Shown here: positions 50,081 to 63,669 of the stretch, one piece after another
Layout: each line of letters begins with the position of its first letter
Numbering within the stretch: the stretch's first letter is position 1
Origin: Octopus bimaculoides
Lineage: Eukaryota
Direction: 5' to 3'
DNA length: 64,000 nt
Assembly: GCF_001194135.2 (NCBI RefSeq)
Contig: NC_068985.1
Location: 33,973,429-34,037,428 of the forward strand
Made by a program: the position numbers and the translations under genes
The notes under the pieces: generated by a model
What the model saw: the letters and a program-made list of their open reading frames with translations, nothing else
Database searches by the model: none
Told to the model about the DNA's origin: nothing

Positions 50081-50680
50081 GACCCGGCAAGCCAAGTGAG
50101 ACCTAAATCCAAGGCCTCTGCCAGGGGTGTAGCCAGCCCACTTATGCGTACCGTTCCTTCATTGGACACTAAACTCCGCTTGCGAAGACCTGTTGAGGCA
50201 AGTGAAATCGAAATCGAACTAAATTCGACGACTGGCACCCATGCCAACGTCGTCTCCTTCATTGGACATGAAACTCAACTTGCGAAGACCTGTTGGGGCA
50301 AGCGAAAGTGAAATCGTGATGGCACTTGTGCCCAGCGTCACCTTCTGGCACTTGTGCCGGTGGCACATGTAAAGACATTCGAGCGAGATCATTGCCAGTG
50401 CCGCTGGACTGGCTCCTGTGCAGGTGGCACGTAAAATACACCATTTTGAGCATGGCCATTGCCAGTATTGCCTGACTGGCCTTCGTGCCGGTGGCACGTA
50501 AAAGCACCCATTACACTCTTTGAGTGGTTGGCGTTAGGAAGGGCATCCAGCTGTAGAAACTCTGCCAAATCAGATTGGAGCCTGGTGTAGCCATCTGGTT
50601 TCACCAGTCCTCAGTGAAATCGTCCAACCCATGCTAGCATGGAAAGCAGACGTTAAACGATGATGATGATGATGATGATG
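50081..50680 (+). mobile_element. RTE LINE 3' end (TRQAK*, 3'UTR, (GAT)n), young copy
   Basis: Inverted counterpart of 2666-3294. CpG-rich, with internal duplications. Confidence 0.88.
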
Positions 50681-51079
50681 ACCTCTGTCACAAAGTGAGT
50701 TTGAGCCCAGAAGTATTTTATTGCAAAGATAACTTCTTAATTTTATTCTACAATAGTTATAAATTTCTTGAAAGAACATAGAGGCCTGACAACCAAAGGA
50801 TCCCTAAATAAAACCCAACTAGATTGAAACCATGACTATTCATTCATCAAGCCTCTCTTGGGATAACTATCCAAAATTATTTAAAGCAAGTTTAATTTAT
50901 ATGGAAGTAAATACTCAGTCTCTATCAAGATAAAACTAATACAGAATTTCTTCACTCTCCATGTTAGTGAAAAGGTAAAATAGCTTAGTGATTAAAATAT
51001 TGGACCTTGATCATCAACATCATCATCATCATTATCTTCATTTAATGTCCACTTTCCATGCTAACATGGGTCGGACATT

Positions 51080-51260
51080 ATTTACATTATCTATATTTGA
51101 CAGATATTTGTCGTCATCATGTTTGTTGTTAACACAACATTTTGGCTGATATACCCTCCAGCCTTCATCAGGTGTCTTGGGGAAATTTCAAACCTGGGTT
51201 CTCATTCTTAAGGTATTTTTCAATGTTGTTGTTGTTGTTATTGTTATTATTATTGTTGTT
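51080..51260 (-). mobile_element. 3' part of the HHR element
   Basis: Minus strand ccttaagaatgagaacccagg…aagacac-CTGATGA-aggctggagggtatatcagcc-aaaatgtt-gtgtt. The GAAAC box has decayed at CpG sites. Confidence 0.8.
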
Positions 51261-51384
51261 GCTGCTGCCACCAAAGTAAAATAAAATAAAGATAAAATGG
51301 CTACAAACATAGGGTAGAGAGAGTTGTCAAATGAAACATTTATAGTGCCAGTGCAGTTGATACTGTAAAGTAGTTAGTGTTAGG

Positions 51385-52146
51385 AAGGATGTAGATTATG
51401 CTGAAGATTTAGCCTTACTCTCTGACACAATATCAAATTCCACTCATTTACTTCATAGTCTAGAATTAGCTGCACATGATGTTGGACTGCTTGTTAATCC
51501 TAGCAAAACTAAACTCATTGCTCACAATCAAAAAGGATCCATCACCAACATCAGCCGAGATCCCATCAATCAAGTTGATGATTTCACATACCTTGGTTCT
51601 GAGATAACCTCAACTGAAAAATACTTAAAAACTCAGATGGTCAAAGCATGGTTTGTTCTAAACAAACTGGATGTTGTCTGGAAATCAACCCTGCCTGATA
51701 ACCTTAGGAAGAATTTTTTCCATGCAACCGTAGAGTTAATTCTTTTATATGGAGCAACAGCCTGGACACTTACCAAAAAAACTGGAATCCAAGCTAGATG
51801 GAATTTCCCCTCGAATGTTAAGGGCAGTCTTAACCATATCTTGAAGAACTCATCCAATGAAGAAACAGCTGCATGGAGATCTACCTGTTCTCAACATTAT
51901 AAGAGAAAGGTGCTTGTGCTTTGTTGGACATTGCTGGCGATCTAAACAAGAGCTGGCAAGTGATTTACTGCTATGGATGCCAAAGCATGGCTGTATCCAA
52001 GCTGGTTGTCTGAACACAATGTATGCAGATTGACTCACCAGAGACACTGGATGCCTATCAGAAGACCTCCCTCAACTAATGCAGAACTGAGTTGGATGGC
52101 ATGTGGAGGTTAAAAATGTTGAGCAAGCTCAACTAGATGATGATGT
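51385..52146 (+). mobile_element. RTE-group LINE 3' fragment (RT YADD to the end)
   Basis: DVDYAEDLALLSD…LVNPSKTK…VDDFTYLGS…KAWFVLNKLDVVWKSTL…ILLYGATAWTLTK, ending in a GATGATGATG tail. Confidence 0.9.
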
Positions 52147-52478
52147 TAAAAAGATGTAATTATCATAAATAATATTTTTATAGTTCTATGAAGAAAAGGT
52201 AAACCTAAGCAAATTGAACTGAATCATAAAAATTGCCATTTATTTATATTGCTAATGTCCATAAGGAAGGTATTACTATCAAATATTATTTCTTCTTTCT
52301 TATAAACAAGAAGCCTTGAATATATGTTTGTTGATGGAGACTATGTGTATGTTCTTGATGGTTTTGATTTCTTTTGATTCTTTTTTACTTTTACTCAATT
52401 TATGTCATTCAGAAAAAAGAAATCATGAACTTAATTTTTCTATTTGTTTTTCATTAATCATTATGATTTTTGTGAATA

Positions 52479-52935
52479 GGCGCAGGAGTGGCTGTGTGGT
52501 AAGTAGCTTGCTTACAAACCACATGGTTCCGGGTTCAGTCCCACTGTGTGGCACCTTGGGCAAGTGTCTTCTACTATAGCCTCAGGCCGACCAAAGCCTT
52601 GTGAGTGGATTTGGTAGATGGAAACTGAAAGAAGCCTGTTGTATATATGCTAGCATGGAAAGCGGACGTTAAACGATGATGATGATGATGATGATATATA
52701 TGTATGTATGTTTGTGTGTCTGTGTTTGTCCCCCCCCCCCACCGCTTGACAACCGATGCTGGTGTGTTTACGTCCCCGTAACTTAGTGGTTCGGCAAAAA
52801 AGAGATTGATAGAATAAGTACTAGGCTTACAAAGAATAAGTCCTGGGGGCGATTATCTCGACTAAAGGCGGTGCTCCAGCATGGCCGCAGTCAAATGACT
52901 GAAACAAGTAAAAGAGTAAAAGAGTAAAGAGAGAG
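52479..52935 (+). mobile_element. Full-length tRNA-derived CORE-type SINE with a short RTE tail inserted (~52628-52695)
   Basis: Head GGCGCAGGAGTGGCTGTGTGG, B box GGGTTCAGTCCC, core GGCACCTTGGGCAAGTGTC, and tail CCAGCATGGCCGCAGTCAAATGACTGAAACAAGT(AAAAGAGT)n. Confidence 0.88.
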
Positions 52936-53629
52936 AGAGTCAAAAGAATATTTTTATATACCTGCAAAGGATGATTAAAACTACCATGTAAACTCTATCT
53001 TTTACAATGTTTTGTCAAACTCTCTTGCATCTCTTGCTTTATTTCTTTTTTTTTTATCAGCTGAATCCAGAAGCTGATACCATGAATCATTTGATATAAC
53101 TGATTATTGTTTTAAATAATATGTCAAATAGATGTATCATTAACTTGCTGGTTTACTCTATACATAAAATAATACTGAGACAGTTATTTTAAGTTAGTGC
53201 AGATACATTGCTTTAATAGAGAAAAGCACAAATGTCAATATGGAATCCTTTCCTCTTACAATTTGCCCAAAATTAAATAAGTTCGGTATCAATATGCTCT
53301 TAAGATATTTTCATTTTACACTTCAATATGACACTTAGAAATGATCCAACAGTCATTAGTGTGTAATTGATTAATGATTGCCAAGTAAATATTATGAATT
53401 TATTGCTTTTCAGCACATAGCTAACTAAGTTTGTAAAGAATGTCGAACACTCATAGCCAAGCTGAGGCACTACCTTCAAGGATAGAAATAATTATATCAA
53501 CTCTAGTACTCAGCCTTCAAAGAGACGAAAGCTTATGTTGACTTGGGTGGAATTTATAGGCAGAACATAAGCAAATGCCACAAAGTATTTTGCTCAGTGC
53601 TCTACTGATTTTGCCATATTTGGCCATAT

Positions 53630-54278
53630 GTATAATACATTAGAAGTGAAGTTTAATTTTGCTTGCTTGCAATGTTACACAGCCAAACTGGCACATAATG
53701 AGAAAATACTTTGAAAGTAAAATGCCCCTGAAATATGAATACGAACGAAATAAAACAAGTTTTGCATAAATCAGACCAGTAGTTATTGAGATATTTGAGG
53801 TTTGGGGGGTATAAATACCCAAAACACTGCATAGTTGGAAAATACTCCAAAAATAACTTAACTCCGAAAGAGAAGAAATTCTAACCTTTCCATTAGACAT
53901 ACTATGAAGGGCAAAATATTTTAAAGTGAAAATGACTTTAAAATAGTTTTTTTTTTTTCCATAGGTTTCTTTCAAGTGCATTCAACGTATCTCACCTCCA
54001 AAGATTTGGCTGCTATTTCTAGCAAGCCCTGCCACCACGTAACAGCTATTTGCGATAAAGGACCCACCCGAAATACCTGTTACGTGGTAGCAGGGCGTGC
54101 AAGAAATAGCAGTCAAATCTTCCCTTTTCTGGGGAAACGAGCCGTTTATGCGTGATTTTGATATTACATTCGTTGAAAGCATGCGAAATAACATGGAAAA
54201 GAAAAAATAAAACACGAAACAAAACTCCGTTCCTGGGAAACTCAGACTTCACCGGTGACCCAACGGGTTAAGGGTAGT
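53630..54278 (+). mobile_element. Apparently complete non-autonomous Helitron-like element
   Basis: 5' T(G)TATAATACATTAGAAG, matching the TC-start copy ending at 12502. The 3' end has GC-rich CCGGTGACCCAACGGG followed by GTAG|T, a CTAG variant. Confidence 0.6.
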
Positions 54279-54514
54279 CTAACTACATTATTTACTGTGG
54301 AAGGGTGAAGAAAACAGTTAACTCTGATGAGAACAAAGAAAGACGAAATTGAATATTGTAAAATATATTACCATTTATTGTATTATTAATTTGACTACCC
54401 AATGTTGATGATAAATCTAATTTCAAATGTGCTGTGAACTTAAAATTATATTTGAACACAGAAACTGGAAAATTCATATATTCATGTAATGTCTATCAGA
54501 ATCAAGGCAGCAAC

Positions 54515-54610
54515 TTTACGGTGTAGGAGTGGCTGTGTGGTAAGTAACTTTCTTACCAACCACATGGTTCTGGGTTCAGTTCCACTACGTGGCACTTTGG
54601 GCAAGTGTTA
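54515..54610 (+). mobile_element. CORE-SINE head fragment
   Basis: ggtgtaggagtggctgtgtggtaag…ggttctgggttcagttccactacgtggcactttgggcaagtg. Confidence 0.75.
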
Positions 54611-55039
54611 AGTAGAGGTAAAAGTTCAAAGGAGTAAATAACGTAACTAATAAAAATCTATTTTTACTATAATTTTGATTACATTCAATGCTTAGGGAAT
54701 ATGAACAGTCGATCATATTGACTTCAGTACTCGAGAGTTAATTTCTTTTTATTAACCCCGCAAAGATGACAAGCAAAGTAGACTTCAATGGGACGTGATC
54801 TCATTTCACATTTATTTCAGATCCCCAAAGCCCAAAAAAGCTAGTGTCTTGTTTATAAATGACCATGAAAATAACATTCCCGGTATATTATTTGATTCTG
54901 TGTAATTCATCAGGTCATATATCAATCTTACGTTTTCCCAATGTACCTATTAGATATGAAACCTGTTTGAACAGTTCTAATCAACTTTGGAAGGATAATT
55001 TAAAACCTCTCAGCAATAACAGATGAAAGTAGTTTGTAA

Positions 55040-55413
55040 GCATTTGTTGTTGGCACTCCGTCGCTTACGATGTCGAGGGTTCCAGTTGATCCGATCGACG
55101 GAACAGCCTGCTCGTGAAATTAACGTGCAAGTGGCTGAGCACTCCACAGACACGTGTACCCTTAACGTAGTTCTCGGGGATATTCAGCGTGACACTGTGA
55201 CAAGGCTGACCCTTTGAATTACAGGTACAACAGAAACAAGAAGAAAGAATGAGAGAAAGTTGTGGTGAAAGAGTACAGCAGGGTTCACCACCATCCCCTG
55301 CCGGAGCCTCGTGCAGCTTTAGGTGTTTTCGCTCAATAAACACTCACAACGCCTGGTCTGGGAATCGAAACCGCGAGTCCGCTGCTCTAACCACTGGGCC
55401 ATTGCGCCTCCAC
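55040..55413 (-). mobile_element. tRNA-derived SINE, third family, young
   Basis: Minus-strand head GTGGAGGCGCAATGGCCCAGTGGTTAGAGCAGCGG…GGTTTCGATTCCC (A and B boxes), ending GGAGTGCC(AAC)n. Confidence 0.82.
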
Positions 55414-55442
55414 TTGTAAGCAGTATTGAGAAGTGAAATAGG

Positions 55443-56330
55443 TCACCAGTTCTTCAAAAAAAAAAAACAAAACAAAAAACGCTTGGGCTTATTACCTGGA
55501 ATACAGGTAATAATACCTTGCTTCTTTGTCACTGACAGATAACCCTTAGCAAAGCTATTGTTGAATGATCTCAACAAAAACGGAGATAAATCCTTCCAAA
55601 AGAATTTATAAAAATCATAGGTGAACCCATCCGAATCTGGACTTTTATTGTTCTTTGTCTTTTTCAAACATTTCAAAAGTTCATCATGAGTTATTGGGCC
55701 TTGCAATGAGTTAGAATCTTCTTTACTAAGCCTATATAATAAGTCCCCTTCAGAAAAAAGTTCAAGATCACAATCTTTTAACACATGCTCCTTAGAAGAA
55801 TACAATCTTTCGTAAAATGTTGCTTCAAGAACAATATCCTTTGTATTTTCAATAGTAGATCCATTATCTAACTCTAATTGGGCTATGCCTCTATTTACAA
55901 AATTCTTATTTTCTAGATTGCAAAAATAACACCTAACCTTCACCCCTTTATCTATCCATTTGGCCTTCGAGCGAATTATAATACCTTCCAATTTGGATGC
56001 AGAAATTTTGTAAGATTACAGTAGAAAATCTCTAGCTCAACGTAGGGTATCACCGTGGAAGATATATCTCTTCTTATTTTGACATAACATTTTCTCTGAA
56101 CATTGTCGTTACACGTATAACGAATTTTAACACAAAAAGAGAAATGAAACGTTTCGGTTTCTTGATTTAAACGGTTTGATGTATTTTCAAATATTTTCAA
56201 ACAGAATTGTAAGCAACTTATAACTGTTTTTCAAAAGCTAGAAACCTTGAGCGGCCTACTTTAGCCATTACAAATTGAATTACACAATTCAAGGAGAAAA
56301 ATACTCATTTAACACACAGCAGCGAGAAAG
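55443..56330 (-). mobile_element. Tx1/L1-clade LINE ORF2 fragment (linker to RT domain 1)
   Basis: ORF 55443-55991 reads GIIIRSKAKW…YFCNLENKN…KTKNNKSPDSDGFTYDFYKFFWKDL…QGIITCIP…LKNW. The core is well supported; the extension to ~56330 is approximate. Confidence 0.9.
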
Positions 56331-56645
56331 AAAGAGATAAAGATCCTAAACACTGTTTATGGAATATGTCAGTTTTAAATTTAGAACTAAGCAGATTTAG
56401 AGGCAGTAACCTAGATTAAGATGTTTTCATTTTATATATTGTCAGCACAAGGTCAGTAATGAAATTTAGTAGCGATGTATAATTGACAAACAAGGAAAAC
56501 TATTGACAAGAGAAAAAAATATTGCAGCAGTTTTCAAGATTATTTTTTATTAGTAAATAAAGAATAATATATCTGAAGACATTTATATTAACAAAGATCG
56601 GGAAAGAAAAGAACAGAAGATTAACATTTCTGAGTAACCGGGAAA

Positions 56646-56706
<61 letters not shown>

Positions 56707-56749
56707 NNNNNNNNNNNNNNNNNNNNNNNNNNNNNNNNNNNNNNNNNNN

Positions 56750-56793
<44 letters not shown>

Positions 56794-56939
56794 GAAAAGC
56801 CAGGTAATGGAAGAGAAGGGAAGGGAAGAACTAGTTCCATGAAGACACTGAATGTAGGAACTAGAAATAGTGAGAGACATGTGGAAGTTAATTTAATATT
56901 TAATAATAATAATATATATTTAAATGTTAGTACGTGACA

Positions 56940-57150
56940 AAAAAGCTCTGGCTTTTCTGGAATGGTTCAATAGAATGAATGAGGTAACAGTCGGGGCAGA
57001 TTTTAAAAAGGGAATCTAGAAAAAAAGTCTGGTGAAAAAAAGTGAGCTGGAAAAGGCATTCACACAGACAAAGAGGTTCAAGATAGTGACTTTAATGACG
57101 GAGAGGAAGGGAATGTATAAGAAGCAATATTAATACTAAGAGTGAAAAAA
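56940..57150 (-). mobile_element. Possible old LINE C-terminal fragment
   Basis: FHQTFFSRFPF*NLP weakly resembles 'SFFPRT..LWNSLP'. Confidence 0.3.
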
Positions 57151-57531
57151 ACAGAAAGGGTAGTGAAAGATGTGAGTGAAAAATGAGAAAGCTATACGAA
57201 ACGAGATATGGACAGTATAAAAACAAAGATTTAGAAGAGCTTAATGTAAAGTGAATGTTGTCATTATGAGAAAGACATGATAAAGATGTGTGAAAGGAAG
57301 AATAGTGGAAAGGAAATTAGTGAGAGAAAATGAACAAACACAGCCCAGTAGAACGAGAGAGAGAGAGAGATAAGCTAATGGGAAAAAATGGTAAGAGAGG
57401 TGTATATGGAGAGAGAACAAATATTTATTTGAAGAAATACAGATAAAAAAAAAACGGCAGCTAACACAGTGTATTTGTCATATATGTGTGCATATATGTA
57501 TAAATAATGTGTGCGTGTGTGTGTATGTATG

Positions 57532-57567
<36 letters not shown>

Positions 57568-57981
57568 TGTATGTATGTATGTATGTATGTATGTATGTGT
57601 ATATGTGAATACATACATACAGGGAGAGGGAGGCAAAGATTAGTAAAAGGACACAAAGATGACAGAGAGAAATAAGGAAGAGAAGAAAAAAACTGAGTAA
57701 GAGAAGGAAAAGGATCATAAGGAAGAGAGAGAGAGAGAGTGCGTGTGTGTGTATAAAGAGTGAGGTGACAAGAAATAGATTATTAATAACAGAAATTTAA
57801 GAAAGCAAGCTGAAGAAAGAAAAATCTGATCCAGATTGACCAGTCATATATAAATATATCTGAAGCTACGTCGAGAAACCCAGGATAACCCCATAAACGC
57901 CTGCCCCACTATAATACACACACACACACTTATATTTATATATATGTATACACATATATGTAAATATGTGTGTGTGCGTGC

Positions 57982-58035
<54 letters not shown>

Positions 58036-58269
58036 AGAGAGAGAATAGTACTGTGCCCATTTTTTGATATATGTGTGTATATATTTTTATATATATTCAT
58101 ATATAAGTGGTCAATCTGATTATATATATATATATGAGTATATATGCGTATCTATACATATAATATGAGTGTACGTTGTATATTTATATTACGTATATGT
58201 ATATGTACAAGTGTGATTATGCATATATTGCACGAAAGGAAAACAATAGATGCAGAATAGAATGGAAAG

Positions 58270-58306
<37 letters not shown>

Positions 58307-58672
58307 GAGAGCGAGCGGAGTAAAAAGACAAAGGGATGCGAGCCAATAAGAGAAAAATGTCAGAGAAAGAGGGATAACCAAAGAGAAGAAGTATTGAAAG
58401 ATATAAGGAGATATGTAAATAGAGAAATTGAGGGAAAGAGAGAAAAATGGGAAGCTATGGAAGATATGAAGTGAGGGTGAATATTCAGAGGTGGAGAAGG
58501 TGAAGAATGAGAGGTACTTGAGGCATTCTAGAGAAACAATAAAAGTAGGAAATCTGTCTTCGAACACAATGACCAGAAAACAATAAAATGTTATAGGTTA
58601 AGATAATAAATCTTTTCCCATAACATTACCCTTGTCTGCTATTTTATATATATATAGACACATCTCTGTCTA

Positions 58673-58704
<32 letters not shown>

Positions 58705-58721
58705 ATGTGTATGTATGTATG

Positions 58722-58773
<52 letters not shown>

Positions 58774-61089
58774 GTATTCACGATATTTGTTATTTTCGAA
58801 AAATCACACATTTATTGACCATTATATATACGTGGTGTTTGTGTATACACACATTTACACGCATGTATATTTCGCGTTACCGCTTCTTTTCAAACGGCGG
58901 TAACGTGAAACTCAGAGTAATAGAATATAACACTCTTTATGCTTGTACAGATATATATATATATGAGTGTAATATGTGTGCGTATATGTACGTACACACA
59001 CACGCATACACATACATGAATAGATTTTATATAAATATGTATTTACATAGGCATAATGTATATAGCTAATATGTAAATGTAGATTGATTATGATTGTATA
59101 AATTAAATTTAATGAGTATAGATTCGCTTTAATTTTAAAACATTCTAAAATTGTATAGAAAACAGGAAAGGAAAGGGTTGATAAATTGACAATGAATCGC
59201 TAATAACGGCACGTATCATGTCATGTGACCAAAGTATTTACCTCATTTAAATAAAATATGATGGCCAACATGGTATCACGTGGCTGCAGCACACTATGTC
59301 GCCGTGTTTCTTTGTTAACAATTAGGTGCTAGTACTACCTCCACTACCACCACTCAAAACAGATGTTTACGACCATGCCATCTGGCTTAACCAGTTTTAT
59401 TTTCTCTCATATCCCAATCGTTATAAGACTTTGCAAGTATAATAAATTGCACAAGGAGACAGCACACGCAATACACTCGTTGTTTTAATGGTTGTTACAT
59501 TATATTATTTTACATAGACTTTCGGGTTTCGATTGAAAATCTCAACGATTTCGGTACCTTCCAACTAATTTTCCCTCCAGCAGTGTCAAGCAGCAGGGAA
59601 TGTCCAAGTTCTTTTATCCCATATGTCATCGTTGCAGGCTTTTTCAGCGGTCTTGGAGAATAACGTGCCGTTTTATCCTCCGTAAATTTAAGTTTTCCTT
59701 TCAGTTTCGCGAACAAATGAATAATATCTATGATAATGTTATTAAAAAAAGAATTTTAAACAAATGAAGGAAATATTCATATGCGTAATTTATAAAAAAA
59801 AAAGAAAAGGCGAATCTATTTTTAACATGCCGCTTTCACTTTTGTCGGACTGGTATCAGTTTGTTTTGCGTACGCGGAAGAATTCCTTCGTACTCCGTGT
59901 TCCTACCACCTTCAACTGCAATGAATATTTATTATTTTTGTGTTGATATTTTTACGTTGTTCAAATTTGTTGTAGTTTAAGATGAGTGTGTATGATTGCA
60001 TCAAATCGTTTAGAATTTTTATTTATTATATTGAAGTAGAAGGGTGTGGTTATTAGAGAGATTTGGTTGCGCCTTGTAATCAACCTAGTAGCTACATAGA
60101 GGCTCCACCATAAAACAAAAAAAAAATGAACAACGCAAAAATATCCTGAATTGTATATCAAAATATCCCCTATGTCAATACGCACGGCGTCTAAATATTT
60201 CTGCTGTCACCTTATACAACTTGACAAAGTGAAAGTGGCACTTTATAGTAAACAGTTCGCTAACCAAAGTATTTATATTTTTATATGAACCAGCAAATTT
60301 ATGGAATAAATAATTACAGAACACAGTGTCCACAAATACAGTAAGTGTGGAAGCTAATAGATTCCTCCCGCCCACTTTACCAAACCAGGGGTTGTTGCAA
60401 CCGTCCAACGCTTTTTTAATCATTGCAATATGTTTCTTACAGTTGCATATTCGAAATTTTTGTTCTTATTTTCAGATTATTTGTCGACTCTTGCAATCAG
60501 TAGCACATGTTCTCTAGTTTCCTATGGTGATAAACAATTCTATATAGACTTGTAAATCATATTGATGCTTTTCGGGGTTTTTAGATATCAATATAAAATT
60601 TTATCCCTTCTTTTTGTCAGGTGATTGAAAACAGCGTCGTGGATAGTAAACGAGTAGCAAACAAAAAAATCACAAAATCTCTAGCCGTTGCATTTGATTG
60701 TGTCGTTTATTATCACCTTTCTCTCTTTAGTGGCTTATAATTCCATTCGCATTTAGGATGCCTTATAGAAATATGAGTCGGATTTCGGATTAGGTATCCT
60801 ATATTTCATAGGAAACGAAAAAGTTATGTACCATGCTGCAGTATGTTATTATTTCGTGCTACACACTGTGAGAAAGGCCGTACGCAGTTGTATTCCATGG
60901 CTCCGCAATTATTTTAGCAACATGCTGTCTTTAGTCACTATTTTGTTGCGGAGGTTGGCTTTTGCTCTTGGTTTCGCTGTTACGCACGCATGTAAAGTAT
61001 GTAATTCTTTAAAAGCTGGTGTTTACTGGATCCCTTAAGAAACCAAGTCTGGCGATATACGCTACATTATCTTTCCAGTGCTTTCACGA

Positions 61090-61750
61090 TCACAACCACT
61101 GCATTGAATACGGCTTTAACAAAGCTGCATCTGCTGAAGACCTACTTCATCTCACTTATCAGTGGGCCCTCGCTTTGCGAGAACTTTTGTTGAAGATTGA
61201 GTTGTTGCTTTCACCTTAGCGAAGCATTCAACTACGACAGCTGTAGGCTCTATCCACCTCTCGTCTCGGCTCGGTAGCTTCCTGCCAGATCGCACCATAG
61301 CAGCTACACCGACGGAGCTCTCCCTGACTTACATTCTCTCTATGTTGTGCCTCTCTGCTCGATTTTGTCTCATCCCACTCTTTCTCCTATATTTCAACGA
61401 ACTAATTGCCCATGCAGCCACGAGCGTCCATCCTATGTAGATGATTCCACCCTTTACTCCACCCTAACCTTCCACACTGAAGCATTATCGATAGGCGATA
61501 TAGACAACTCAGGCCAAGTCTGCAAATGCCATGAAGAAGTCTCGAAGACATCCGCTAATGGATCATGCCAAACTTGGCTCATTCAACATCACAAGACGTA
61601 ACTACTGTAGACTCCAAGAAAATGTTATTTACACACTTCCCTTTGAATTATGAACAACACGTGACAAGAACCACTGGGGTCGCTACAAGTGTCAGGCCTC
61701 ATCATCACTGGCGAACGTACATACTCATCATAGTAGAGACTGTATTTTTT
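61090..61750 (+). mobile_element. Non-LTR RT fragment (Jockey/I-like), frameshifted
   Basis: EYGFNKAASAEDLL…, SFLPDRTIA…, VPLCSILS.PTL…, and SYVDDSTLYS (catalytic Y.DD). Confidence 0.75.
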
Positions 61751-61869
61751 CAGGGCCTACGTCAAATATCATCAACGACTAACCATCTATGAAGCTCTGG
61801 TTACTACTAATATACATATGTAGTGGATCTTGCATGCATGAACTGGATTTGATCGACTATAGCTAAATT

Positions 61870-62399
61870 TAGCAATAGTCACCTCCGGAAATGTGGAGAT
61901 AATTCATCAGCTTGTGCATGAGGATCGTTGGATTACAATCAACGACGTTTTGAAGCGTTTGAGGGAGGACATTCGCCGAAAGCGACCGGATGTGTGGAGC
62001 GCAAAAAATTGGATTCTTCACGCCGACAATGCACCCTGTCACCGAGCTCTCCTCACTCGTGAGTTTCTCACTAAAAGCAACATTGTATCGCTTCAGCACC
62101 CGCCCTATTCGCCAGATTTAGCACTTGCGGACTTCCATCTCTTCCCCAAAATGAAAATGCAGCTCAAAGATCGCCGTTTTAACACCGTCGTTGAGATCAA
62201 GAGCAAATCGCAAAAGGGCCTCGACTCGCTTACGGGAAACGACTTCCAGGCCGGATTCCAAAAGTGGCAGGAACGCTGGGACCGGTGTATTGTTGTGCAA
62301 GGGGACTATTTAGTAGATGATGTGAAAACTTAGGTAAATATATATTGTTTTTTTTTTATAAAACATAACTAGTCCTGGAACTTTTTGATACCACCTCGT
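61870..62399 (+). mobile_element. Mariner (DD34D) deletion derivative with its 3' TIR
   Basis: ORF 61893-62333 reads IHQLVHEDRWITINDV|LKRLREDIRRKRP…WILHADNAPCH…HPPYSPDLALADFHLFPKMK…WQERWDRCIVVQGDY. The TIR reverse-complements to ACGAGGTGGTATCAAAAAGTTCC at the gap edge. Confidence 0.93.
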
Positions 62400-62599
62400 N
62401 NNNNNNNNNNNNNNNNNNNNNNNNNNNNNNNNNNNNNNNNNNNNNNNNNNNNNNNNNNNNNNNNNNNNNNNNNNNNNNNNNNNNNNNNNNNNNNNNNNNN
62501 NNNNNNNNNNNNNNNNNNNNNNNNNNNNNNNNNNNNNATATATATATACATATGTAGAAAGTTGAAAAGTAACACGAGTTGATATGTGTAAGTAAAATA

Positions 62600-63400
62600 G
62601 GACAATCCCCCAGCTTGTCTTCAAGCAGAGCTCTTTGATGCTGCCCCGTACTACAACAGGGCTCTGGTTGCCAGCGGGTTCAAGGATAGAAATTAGTTAC
62701 ATGCCAGACCCTAGCTCCACCTCACCCTAAGAGACATGGCCACCGGAAAGTGCTGTGGTTCACAGCGCCATTTTCTTTAAACGTTAAGACCAGAGTAGGC
62801 AAGATCTCCTTTAGTTTAGTTGATAGACACTTCCTCCGTACTAATAGATTCAACAAAGATATTTAATAGACATACTCTGAGATTATTCTTTAGCTGTGCA
62901 CCTAGTGTAAAAAAAGATTTTAGTAGGTAGGCCTACACTTGAAGCAGAGGCAGGATGCTCATGCAGGGGTAACACATCCACTGAACAGCCACTGCAACAC
63001 GGAGACAGTTGTGTACGAGTCAGAGGTAAAGCCTCATGACCAATGGGCAACCGAGCGTATGTGGGGGCAACGGAAGGCCCCCTCAGAACCCGTTTTAACA
63101 ACCACAAGTCCTCATTCAACATCCCAGAGATACGCAACGCCACAACGCTAGCCAAGCACGTTTGGTCTTTAAAAGAAAGCGCCACCGAGTACAGCATAAA
63201 GTGGAAGATCCTGGAGAAATGCAAACCGTACTTCAATAGCAGCAGAAAATGCAGCTTATGCCTGGATGAGAAGAGAGCAATTTTAAAGGCTACCCAACGA
63301 ATGGATGTTTGACTGAATAGCAGAAGTGAGGTGTTTAATCCTTGCTCACATGAAAAGAAGTACATCCTTTCGTACCTGCGCGCCCCAACATAACTGCAAT
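62600..63400 (+). mobile_element. Penelope-like element: RT C-terminal/linker region and GIY-YIG endonuclease, frameshifted
   Basis: …YYNRALVASGFKDRISY…, RKVLWFTAPFSLNVKTRVGK…IFNRHTL…, and AYVGATEGPLRTRFNNHKSSF…ATTLAKHVWSLK…IKWKILE…PY.NSSRKCSLCLDEK. Confidence 0.9.
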
Positions 63401-63669
63401 CACAGGTCTCCGGCCTCGACCTTCCACTAATGCCCTCAGGCCCAGCAAAGAGTTTGACCAAAGCACACACCAATGCACGCACCACTATAAGGCGGACACT
63501 CGACAAAATAGACTGTCTCTCACCACCCCAACTTCTACCCCTTCACATACATTGTAACCCCCCCACACACACATTACACACCGCACGTTAACTTAAAACA
63601 CCCAATTTCTTTATCCTTTAAAGAAAGAAACTGGACCAGCGAACATAGCTATATATATATGTATATATA

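Noticed and set aside
50185-50315. CTGTTGA…GAAA in the RTE 3'UTR as a hammerhead, and TCC-TTCATT-GGA as an HDV-like P3/L3
   Set aside because: No stem II forms, the second repeat unit has CTGTTGG, and I could find no P1 partner for an HDV fold.
19029-58903. ORFs rich in YI/CV/HT/ER/SL repeats (e.g. 19029-19507, 30370-30742, 43083-43863, 46476-46848)
   Set aside because: They are translations of (TA)n, (CA)n and (GA)n microsatellites.
60622-60741. Strong acceptor (cccttctttttgtcag) followed by VIENSVVDSKRVANKK…
   Set aside because: No convincing donor before the stop codon and no recognisable protein.
11346-62624. Long ORFs in the track that span N runs (e.g. 16307-17138, 22285-23111, 32298-33462, 35827-36555)
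   Set aside because: They are artefacts of translating assembly gaps and flanking dinucleotide repeats.
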